Under the pieces are notes generated by a model. That model had not been told where the DNA came from. It ran no database searches and saw only the letters and a program-made list of their open reading frames with translations. Below are positions 44,893-52,262 of a stretch of DNA of 52,262 nt, in pieces. Position 1 is the first letter of the stretch; each line of letters begins with the position of its first letter. The DNA comes from Nitrospinota bacterium. GTDB lineage: Bacteria > Nitrospinota > Nitrospinia > Nitrospinales > VA-1. The stretch spans positions 1-52,262 of the forward strand of contig JAYZAN010000059.1 in NCBI GenBank assembly GCA_036339675.1, given 5' to 3'. Position numbers and translations under genes: made by a program.

Positions 44893-45439
44893 CCAGGGAT
44901 TCTCCCTGTTAGAGGTCGTCGTCGCCCTGGCCATCATGGCGGTCGGTTTCGTCACCACGCTCCAGTTGTTTTCAGGAAGCATACGGTCCGTGAGCCTTTC
45001 CGAGCAGTATCTCAAAGCGGTCACCCTGGCCAATTCCAAGCTCAGTGAATTCGAAATGCTGAATTTCGAATCCGACACTTTTTCCGGGACCTTTGAGGAC
45101 GAAGAAAACTACCGATGGGAGCTGGAACTCCGCCCCTACGAAACGCCCCTGAATGATCCCGAGAAAAATATAAACCTTTCCGAAGTGATTTTGAGCATCA
45201 TCTGGAACGATTCCGGACGGGAACGAAACGTTGACCTCACAACGGTTAAGATGACAGGACGTTCATACCCGATCGCAGATTCATTGCTGACCAACATCTT
45301 CAATGCAGGAACCATCTCGCAACCGGGGGAAGCTCCTGCCGAAACCGTCGATACCTCGCCAACGACAAATGTGAGCGGTGTCGGTGGTGGAGCCAATATT
45401 TCTGGGGCTGGCAGTCCGCTAGGTATTTCAGGAAACTGA
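44834..45439 (+). CDS. gspI: Minor pseudopilin GspI
   Basis: G|FSLLEVVVALAIMAVGF prepilin motif and gene order. It has the only canonical start, which overlaps gspH by 59 nt. Confidence 0.7.
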   Translation: MPSPSTQSLEKSASTRKSADQGFSLLEVVVALAIMAVGFVTTLQLFSGSIRSVSLSEQYLKAVTLANSKLSEFEMLNFESDTFSGTFEDEENYRWELELRPYETPLNDPEKNINLSEVILSIIWNDSGRERNVDLTTVKMTGRSYPIADSLLTNIFNAGTISQPGEAPAETVDTSPTTNVSGVGGGANISGAGSPLGISGN

Positions 45440-45441
45440 CT

Positions 45442-46311
45442 ATGGATTTCATACGTAACAAAAACGGGTTTACGCTTCTTGAATTGATTCTGGCTTTAGT
45501 CATAGTCGGTTTCATTGTGGCGTTGTCTATGAGCGGTATCCGGCTGGGCATATCGGCCCAGGAGGCGGGAGATGTCAAGGTGGATACCTTTCAAAGGCTG
45601 CGAGTCATCAGCGAACAGCTTTCGCAGAAGATTAAATCCAATTATCCTGTCTTCATCCCTCCCGCCAAAGACGAATTCGGCTTCACCACGCCGGCCGATC
45701 AGCAGGAAAAATCCATGCTCCTTGCCTTTGAGGGGGAATCCAATTCCATTCGATTCATCACTTTTTCCCCTCCCCTTACGTCTGAGGATAGCCATCCCTG
45801 GGCCCATGAAGTCAGGTTTTACCTTGGCAACCACCCGGACACCGGCGAAAAGGGCATCCTGATGATGGAACGGGATATCACCGACCGGGACCTGTTCACG
45901 AAAGTCTCCGGAAACTCCGAAGACGCCAGGTTCCTGATGCTAGCCCGGGAAGTGGGGTACCTGAAGTTCCGATATTACCAGATGAGAAAAATACCGCCTG
46001 AAGAACTGGAAGGTCTTGAAAACCCTGAAAACACCTACGAAGGAAAGTGGGTCGATTCGGTCACCGCCAAACCTCCCGACATATCCGGCCAGCTCGTAGA
46101 TGAGCAAAATAAAGTTTTGGAATTCGACAAAAAGAACCGGATCACCCTGCCCCGTGCGGTGGAAATGTCGCTGGGGCTTAAGGAACCTCTCCTTCCGGGA
46201 CGCAAGGACGAACCCCGTAAGGTGATATATTCCCCGCCTGTCAACATTCTCATCCATGCTGGAATGGAATTTGCATTACCTGCTAAAGAGGAAAAAAATG
46301 ATGCGACCTGA
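45442..46311 (+). CDS. gspJ: Minor pseudopilin GspJ
   Basis: MDFIRNKNG|FTLLELILALVIVG prepilin motif. 289 aa. Position between I and K. Confidence 0.7.
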   Translation: MDFIRNKNGFTLLELILALVIVGFIVALSMSGIRLGISAQEAGDVKVDTFQRLRVISEQLSQKIKSNYPVFIPPAKDEFGFTTPADQQEKSMLLAFEGESNSIRFITFSPPLTSEDSHPWAHEVRFYLGNHPDTGEKGILMMERDITDRDLFTKVSGNSEDARFLMLAREVGYLKFRYYQMRKIPPEELEGLENPENTYEGKWVDSVTAKPPDISGQLVDEQNKVLEFDKKNRITLPRAVEMSLGLKEPLLPGRKDEPRKVIYSPPVNILIHAGMEFALPAKEEKNDAT

Positions 46312-47251
46312 CAAAAACCAGCACGGAATAGCCCTGATGGTGGTCCTGTGGGTCCTGGTATTGTTGATGGCTTTGGCGACGGAATTCGCCTTTTCCATGA
46401 AAACCGAGGTCAACACCACCAGGAACTATAAGGAAGATGTAGAAAGCTACCATCTGGCCAAAGCAGGAATCAACCTGGCTCTGGCAGAAATTGCCCGGCC
46501 GGCGCGATTTCATTCGATCCACCCGGAACACGGCTGGATCACGGGGAAATCCCTGCCCGAAAACACGGAGGAGACTACCCCGGAAGATTTCGATATCGTG
46601 GAACGGAATGAAATTCCTTTAGGGTCCGGGGCCATCACTTATTCCATTACCGATGAAAACGGGAAAATAGCCATCAACTCGGCATCCAGGGAAGTTCTGG
46701 TCAAGGTATTGACCGCTTCCGGTGTGGGGGTTGGAACTCAGAGAGACATCATAGCAGATTCCATCCTCGACTGGATCGACAGCGACGACAAACACCGCCT
46801 TAACGGCGCCGAGTCGGAATATTACCGGACTCAGTTTCCTCCTTACCTGGCAAAAAACAGCAAGTTGGAAACCCTGGAGGAACTCTTACGGGTCCGTGGC
46901 ATCACCCAGGAAATTCTTTTCGGGTCCACCGAGGAAGAAACCGGGGGATATCTGGGCCTGGACAAGTTTCTGACGACCTATAATGTCCCGGCCATCAATC
47001 CCAATACCGCCCATGAAATTCTCCTCCCCGTTCTTTTCGATGAAAATCAGGTGGAGCAAATACTTCAGGCCCGTGCCGACAAGGGTTTTTTCGGGGACAA
47101 CCTGTCGAGCCATTTTCGAATCACGTCGACGGGAACCATCAACGGAAGTCCAACCCGGCACACCATCGTTACTGTGGTCGAAAAATTCGGGACTGCCGGG
47201 AATGAAAAATTATTCACCCATTATTGGAACGACAACTATTTAGAGCAATGA
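46298..47251 (+). CDS. gspK: Minor pseudopilin GspK
   Basis: HGIALMVVLWVLVLLMALA (GspK-type N-terminus lacking Glu5) and a helix-hairpin-helix-like middle region. ATG at 46298 preceded by AGAGGAAAAAA. Confidence 0.75.
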   Translation: MMRPDKNQHGIALMVVLWVLVLLMALATEFAFSMKTEVNTTRNYKEDVESYHLAKAGINLALAEIARPARFHSIHPEHGWITGKSLPENTEETTPEDFDIVERNEIPLGSGAITYSITDENGKIAINSASREVLVKVLTASGVGVGTQRDIIADSILDWIDSDDKHRLNGAESEYYRTQFPPYLAKNSKLETLEELLRVRGITQEILFGSTEEETGGYLGLDKFLTTYNVPAINPNTAHEILLPVLFDENQVEQILQARADKGFFGDNLSSHFRITSTGTINGSPTRHTIVTVVEKFGTAGNEKLFTHYWNDNYLEQ

Positions 47252-48723
47252 AAACCTTTTATCTGGAAAAATCTTTAGGGATCGATATCCGGGAGGAATC
47301 CATCGCCCTTGCCCTTCTCGGCAAAAAAATGCGCTCGACGGATCTTCTGGGTTCCCATTTTTTCCGGATCAAACCCCTAGTCGAAGGGGATGAGAAGGCC
47401 GAAAAGTTTTTTCTGGAAGAATTCAATCGGTTCCTGATGCAGGAGGATACCTGGCCCGAAAACGTGGTGGTCAGCATCCCGCGGGGTCATTACACGCTAC
47501 AGACCTTTGAATTGCCCGCACCGGACAGAAAATCCCTGGACTCCATAGTCGAATTTGAATTGGAACGGCATTTCTCACAAGGACTGGAAGGGTTGTATAT
47601 CGATCATCATGCAAGCCCCCGGTCGGAAAACCAGTTCCATATTATTGCCACAGCCGTCAAGAACGAAACCGCCGACCGGTACCTGGCACTGCTTCATAAA
47701 CTCAACCTGAAACCCACTATCCTGGAATCCTCCACCCTCGCCAACGCCAATTTGGTTCTGGGAGAAAATCCGGCGGACCGTTCCCTTTCGGTCATCGTCA
47801 ATCTGGGGTCCCATGCGATAGACATCACCATCATTAAAAACCGGATCATAGAATTTTCTAGGAACGTGGTGATCAACGATCCTGAAATACGGAACGCCTA
47901 TTTTCAGGAAAACCTTCCGAATGGACATTACGAAACCTTGGCGATCAGTTTGACGCAGATCCTCGTGGATGAAATGCAAAGCGCCCTGGCCTCATGCAGG
48001 AATATAAACGATTCTGAATCTGTAGAGCGGATTCATCTAATCGGAAGTGGACCATTCGCCAGCGTGCTTGCCCGCAACCTGGAAAAAGAGACTGACGTGT
48101 TGACAACGAGAGTGACCACTCCGAACTGCGTGGAGTTGGTTCCGGGGAATTTCTCCCCCGACACGATGGCCACGGCATTGAGTTTAGGGATGAGGGAATT
48201 AAAAACCAGCGAAATCAAAATCAACCTTTTGCCGGACGAATTAAAACCCAAACGTAAAAAACCAAAAATAAAAACCACGCTGGCGCTTGTAGCGGCCACG
48301 GTTCTGGTTTTGGGTGGCCTGTTCGTCAGCAATATGGTTTATACTGACAGGACTTTGGCCTCTCTTGAAAAACAACTGGGAGAAATCAAATCACAGGTCG
48401 GCACCCTCGAAAAAATCGACCTGGAGTACGAATCCCTGAGGCAGTACACCGACAAGCTCAATGCCATCGACGGATCTTATCCGGCCAAACTTCCCTTCCT
48501 CATGGAATTGAGCAAAATTCTTCCCAGGGATACCTGGTTGACCCGAATCAAAATCAGCAAAAACGTGGTGGAGATGAAGGGTTACTCCGCCGCCGCCTCA
48601 CGCCTTGTTCCCTTGGTGGAGCAGTCCCCGTTTTTCAAGGAAACCGGATTCAAAGGAACCATCCTGAATGAGAAATCCGGAGAAAAATTCACGATTCAAT
48701 CTGTATTGCAGGTGACCCAATGA
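47248..48723 (+). CDS. gspL: T2SS assembly protein GspL, apparently a PilM-like actin-fold domain fused to a TM and a PilN-like periplasmic domain
   Basis: N-terminal LGIDIREESIALAL (PilM/GspL cytoplasmic domain pattern), a TM segment TTLALVAATVLVLGGLFV, and a C-terminal coiled-coil plus ferredoxin-like region. ATGA overlap with gspK. Confidence 0.65.
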   Translation: MKTFYLEKSLGIDIREESIALALLGKKMRSTDLLGSHFFRIKPLVEGDEKAEKFFLEEFNRFLMQEDTWPENVVVSIPRGHYTLQTFELPAPDRKSLDSIVEFELERHFSQGLEGLYIDHHASPRSENQFHIIATAVKNETADRYLALLHKLNLKPTILESSTLANANLVLGENPADRSLSVIVNLGSHAIDITIIKNRIIEFSRNVVINDPEIRNAYFQENLPNGHYETLAISLTQILVDEMQSALASCRNINDSESVERIHLIGSGPFASVLARNLEKETDVLTTRVTTPNCVELVPGNFSPDTMATALSLGMRELKTSEIKINLLPDELKPKRKKPKIKTTLALVAATVLVLGGLFVSNMVYTDRTLASLEKQLGEIKSQVGTLEKIDLEYESLRQYTDKLNAIDGSYPAKLPFLMELSKILPRDTWLTRIKISKNVVEMKGYSAAASRLVPLVEQSPFFKETGFKGTILNEKSGEKFTIQSVLQVTQ

Positions 48724-49304
48724 TCCAGAATCTGACGCAAAGAGACAAACAATTCATAATAACAGGAGGAGTGGTCGCGGCTATTATCATGTTGTACACC
48801 TTTGTCGCCGAGCCGGTCTATTTAAAACAGAAAGGAATCGAAGAGAAAATCCAAAACCGGATTTCCTTCATCGAAAAATATTACGCGGTCTTGAACCAGA
48901 AGCCCGTTTACGAACAGAAGAGCAAAACAAATCAGGATATACAATCCAAATTGGCCCGCTATTTTTTTCAAGAAAAAAAGCCTGCGCTTGCGGCGGCAAA
49001 CCTCCAAAAAACACTTGAGGGATTCGCCAGGCAATTCTCGATTTCCATAGAGCGCGTTCGCATTGGGAAACCGAAATATATCTCCAACCTGCTCGCCATA
49101 CCGGTAGAGATCTCATTGCGTTCCAATTTAAGAAACCTGTCTAACCTGATTCAAAGAATAGAAAACCACGAGAAATTCCTGATCATCGAAAAAATAACGG
49201 CGAAAACAATCAATGTAAAGTCACCATCGGAAGAATTGCAAACCCAGCTTATTGTCATTGGCTTCACCCAGGAACTTGAGCCCGAAAAAAACAAATCCAT
49301 ATGA
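48720..49304 (+). CDS. gspM: T2SS protein GspM / PilO-like
   Basis: Single N-terminal TM segment, a coiled coil, then a small alpha/beta domain. ATGA overlaps on both sides. Gene order. Confidence 0.6.
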   Translation: MIQNLTQRDKQFIITGGVVAAIIMLYTFVAEPVYLKQKGIEEKIQNRISFIEKYYAVLNQKPVYEQKSKTNQDIQSKLARYFFQEKKPALAAANLQKTLEGFARQFSISIERVRIGKPKYISNLLAIPVEISLRSNLRNLSNLIQRIENHEKFLIIEKITAKTINVKSPSEELQTQLIVIGFTQELEPEKNKSI

Positions 49305-51841
49305 AAAAACTTCTAACGTTAATCATTATATTGAGCGTAACCTTCCCGACGGGCTGTGTCGTACAGAAAAAATCCACCTTGAACCAGCTCAAGCAAAGGA
49401 AAAATCCCATCGAGGCCATGCAATTGCCGCCGCGGAAAAAGCCTTCAATCGATTCCGGGAAAATGAAAGCGGGCCGGGAAGATGCCTTTATGGATGATGA
49501 AGAAGAAATTTCGGTTCCGGAAGGGACCGCAGTCGGGCTCCCTCCCGATATCGATTTCAGCCCGCTGGACAGGATTCCTTCCAAACCCGTGCAGCGGAAT
49601 GTGGTGGTACAGGATGACAAGATTCCGTTGATGCAGGGTCCGGGCACCCGTTTCAAACAGCTTGGGACTGCATCCGCAAATCAAACCTATCGGCTGCTCA
49701 GGATCCAGCGCGGACCGGACAACCAGGAACCTTGGTACCTGGTCGAAGACGATCAGAACAATAAATTTTTCATCTCAAGCAAACAATCGTCCATCGTGGA
49801 AGATACCGTTGAACCGAAGGAAAGAGCCGCCACAAAAATGAAGCCTGCCTTCACGGTCAAAAAGGAATATATCCAGAAAAGGAAAACCCATTCCCTCAGG
49901 AAAATCCAGAGCGCCTTCGACCCGACCCCGACCATCCCCGAAGAACTGAAAAAAGCCAAACATATTTCGCTGAATTTCGAGGGGACGGAATTGTATGACG
50001 TCATCACTACCTTCTGCGAGTTGTTGCAGATCGATTACGTCATAGAAGGCAATATCACCGGAACAGTCACCCTCCAGACTTTCAATAAAATACAGGTTGA
50101 GGACCTTTACGATGTTCTCGAGCAGATCCTCGCGGTTCACAATATCACAGTGGTCCAGAGCGGGCATTTTTACCGGTTCATCCCGGTTCAGGAAGCGGGG
50201 AAAAAACCGCTCAGCATTCATTATGCCAACGATCCCAATATTCCGCCCAACGAGCGCCCGATCATCCAGATCATTCCCCTGAAACACATTTCAGTGGAAT
50301 CGATGAAAAACATCATCAGCCCCCTTCTGACCAAACACGCGAGTTTCATAGAAATTCCCGAAACCAACAACCTGATGATGATCGAACTCGCCTCGAACGT
50401 GAAGCGAATCGTCAAAGTCGTGGAAGCGCTGGATATCGACAAACTCGCCTCATCCGATATTCAACTTTACAAACTCAATAATGCCGACGCCGAACTGGTG
50501 GTTGGCGAACTTCACGAAATATTCAATTCTATGGGATATTCGGAAGCCATTGGCGAATCACTCACCTTTCTTTCCCTCGGTCGCCTGAATTCCATCATGG
50601 TGGTGAACGCGTTCGAATCCCTTCTGCCTACAATCGAATTCTGGGTCAACAAACTGGACCAGCCCATATCCCAGGGAAAAGTCAGCACCTTTGTCTATTA
50701 CGTGCAACACGGGGATGCTGAAAAAATGGCAGAACTTATAAACGGTATCTTTGAGCAGGATTCGTCTACGGCAAGTAAGGACAACTTCCCGAAAGTGAAA
50801 AAAGTCTCCTTCGGTAAAGAGGACACAAAAGAGAAGACCGATAAAAGTAAAACGACTACCTCGGACAGTACTTCCAAAACCGCACCTAAGATCAAAATAA
50901 AAGGAGGGATTGAGGAAGCCTTTGACGGGGAGCTTACCGTCATTCCCGACGCGGATACCAATGCGCTCATCATCCGGACCAGCCCGAGAAATTATCCGGC
51001 GGTGCTGGAGGTGCTCAAAAAATTAGATCTCCTGCCGCAACAGGTATTGATCGAAGTCCTCATCGTCGATTTGACTGTGGACAAGGATACGCAAACGGGG
51101 TTGGAATGGGCTCTTAAGAGAAACAGCGGGAGTAACAGATTCAGCGGTGGGGTGGCCCCTTCCACCGGTAGCACTTTGGGTTCCGCTATTGGAACGGTCA
51201 CCTCCAGTTTCCTTCCTGGCGGAAGTTTTCTGGTACAGGAACCCGGCCGATTGATCGCACAACTTCAGGCATTCGCATCCGAGTCCAAAGCAAATATTCT
51301 GGCCAACCCCATCCTGGTTACATCAGATAATAAAGCAGCCAATATCTCCATCACCGATGAAATTCCCATCGACAGTACGACGATCACCCAGACCGGGACC
51401 GCACAGCCTTTGACTCAAACCACCGTCGAGTTCCGTGACGTGGGTGTCAAACTGGATATTCTTCCCAAAATCAATTCCGACAACTTTGTCAATTTGAAAA
51501 TCGAACAGGAAATCAGCAGTCAGGGGCCTGTGGTCGGCAACACCCCTTCCTTCAATGTCCGCAAAGTGAAGACCGAAGTGGTTCTCAAGGATAATCAGAT
51601 CCTGGTGATGGGTGGACTGATGAGAACGACCGAAACGGAATCCAATGATGGAATTCCGTTTTTAAAGGATATTCCATATTTAGGACATTTCTTTAAGAAT
51701 GAACAAGTCACCGAAAACAAAACTGAGCTGATGCTGTTCATCACGCCCCACATCATATCCAATACAGAGGATTCGGAATACATCACCAGGCAATTTCAGA
51801 AAAAACTGGGGGACATGAACAGATTCAGGAAGCGAAGCTAA
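49301..51841 (+). CDS. gspD: T2SS outer-membrane secretin GspD with a ~220-aa N-terminal extension
   Basis: N0/N1-type repeats start near ISLNFEGTELYDVI. Secretin core VLIEVLIVDLT...ANILANPILVTSDNKAANISI...VVLKDNQILVMGGL...IPFLKDIPYLGHFF. Signal peptide with Cys19. Confidence 0.92.
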   Translation: MKKLLTLIIILSVTFPTGCVVQKKSTLNQLKQRKNPIEAMQLPPRKKPSIDSGKMKAGREDAFMDDEEEISVPEGTAVGLPPDIDFSPLDRIPSKPVQRNVVVQDDKIPLMQGPGTRFKQLGTASANQTYRLLRIQRGPDNQEPWYLVEDDQNNKFFISSKQSSIVEDTVEPKERAATKMKPAFTVKKEYIQKRKTHSLRKIQSAFDPTPTIPEELKKAKHISLNFEGTELYDVITTFCELLQIDYVIEGNITGTVTLQTFNKIQVEDLYDVLEQILAVHNITVVQSGHFYRFIPVQEAGKKPLSIHYANDPNIPPNERPIIQIIPLKHISVESMKNIISPLLTKHASFIEIPETNNLMMIELASNVKRIVKVVEALDIDKLASSDIQLYKLNNADAELVVGELHEIFNSMGYSEAIGESLTFLSLGRLNSIMVVNAFESLLPTIEFWVNKLDQPISQGKVSTFVYYVQHGDAEKMAELINGIFEQDSSTASKDNFPKVKKVSFGKEDTKEKTDKSKTTTSDSTSKTAPKIKIKGGIEEAFDGELTVIPDADTNALIIRTSPRNYPAVLEVLKKLDLLPQQVLIEVLIVDLTVDKDTQTGLEWALKRNSGSNRFSGGVAPSTGSTLGSAIGTVTSSFLPGGSFLVQEPGRLIAQLQAFASESKANILANPILVTSDNKAANISITDEIPIDSTTITQTGTAQPLTQTTVEFRDVGVKLDILPKINSDNFVNLKIEQEISSQGPVVGNTPSFNVRKVKTEVVLKDNQILVMGGLMRTTETESNDGIPFLKDIPYLGHFFKNEQVTENKTELMLFITPHIISNTEDSEYITRQFQKKLGDMNRFRKRS

Positions 51842-51876
51842 GGTAATATTTTTATAGGCACCCCTGGAGAAAAAAC

Positions 51877-52068
51877 CGGACCATCGTATCCATGGCTCAT
51901 AGCCTAGGTATCCTGAACATTGCCGAAGGGATAGAAACGAACAGTCAAAAGAAATTCCTCGAGTCCATAGGATGCCACGCGATCCAAGGGAATCTTGTGA
52001 GCAAACCCATCCCGTTTGAAAAAGTCTTCAATGACCTGTTACAAAATAAAAACTTCTACCTAGAATAG
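51877..52068 (+). pseudogene. 3'-terminal remnant of an EAL-domain (c-di-GMP phosphodiesterase) gene
   Basis: My translation RTIVSMAHSLGILNIAEGIETNSQKKFLESIGCHAIQGNLVSKPIPFEKV... matches only the last ~60 aa of an EAL domain (lg..viAEGVEt..q...L...Gcd..QGy.fskP). The frame is closed by TAA at 51844-51846, so the first ~180 aa of the domain are missing. Confidence 0.7.
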
Positions 52069-52146
52069 CCCGTTTTTAACCCGATAGATCATTCATCCCT
52101 CCAAAAACCGTTAAAACCCTGCAAACTCCCATGTCATAGACGCTTA

Positions 52147-52176
52147 TTGACTTGTCTGGAATTCATACCCTATAAT
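52147..52176 (+). promoter_or_regulatory. Near-consensus sigma70-type promoter (TTGACT-N18-TATAAT)
   Basis: TTGACT at 52147-52152 and TATAAT at 52171-52176, ~38 nt upstream of the ATG at 52214. Confidence 0.55.
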
Positions 52177-52213
52177 TAGGGCTTTCCTTAATTCTTGGAA
52201 ATCAGGAGAAAAC

Positions 52214-52262
52214 ATGACATCCCGTTCCCCGGCCCTGGAGAAATCTAAATCCAAGTATGTGA
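52214..52262 (+). CDS. 5' end of an unidentified CDS running off the window
   Basis: ATG at 52214 preceded by AGGAG (52204-52208) and a near-consensus promoter. Only 16 codons are visible (MTSRSPALEKSKSKYV). Confidence 0.45.
   Translation, partial: MTSRSPALEKSKSKYV

Noticed and set aside
1-52262. A scan for CRISPR arrays, tRNA, rRNA, tmRNA, RNase P and SRP RNA signatures, integrases, transposases and reverse transcriptases.
   Set aside because: I saw no regularly spaced repeats, no T-loop/acceptor combinations and no conserved ncRNA cores by eye. The only mobile-element-like signal is the ORF-less MITE-like insertion at 35330-35514. A covariance-model search (tRNAscan-SE or Infernal) would be needed to be certain.

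Overview
This is a 52.3-kb bacterial chromosomal window of roughly 50% GC by eye. I cannot assign a lineage from the sequence alone. Most of it is ordinary housekeeping: gcvT-gcvH-gcvPA, lepA-lepB, coaBC, galT-like plus glgA, a GAF histidine kinase with a CheY-like regulator, panBCD, mutL, rnd and tsaB. A complete, tightly coupled 11-gene type II secretion (T2SS) cluster occupies 40.1-51.8 kb. I found no rRNA, tRNA, CRISPR array, transposase, integrase or reverse transcriptase.

Five patches are not explained by housekeeping:
1. 7.8-10.4 kb holds a two-gene module. A small ferredoxin-fold protein that has lost its distal cluster cysteine is translationally coupled (TGATG) to a 751-aa SF1/UvrD-like helicase. 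The first ~130 aa of the helicase carry a RelE/ParE-toxin-like signature. This is my best candidate for an undescribed conflict, defence or toxin-antitoxin-like system. It is a hypothesis only.
2. 13.9-14.3 kb holds a decayed CheY-like receiver gene with two in-frame TAG codons and Asp-to-Asn changes at conserved positions.
3. 34.6-37.0 kb holds a short repeat family sitting just 3' of three consecutive minus-strand genes. One copy is split by a ~185-bp MITE-like insertion with terminal inverted repeats, a TTAG(CC) duplication and a GC-rich three-way-junction core. The intact copy serves as an empty site and the split copy as a filled site.
4. 35.5-39.8 kb holds hypothetical proteins, a cytochrome c lipoprotein and a radical SAM/SPASM enzyme with a PCP_red-like tail.
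5. A 3' remnant of an EAL-domain gene lies directly after the secretin gene.

All functional calls rest on motifs I recognise in the translations. No database search was possible.
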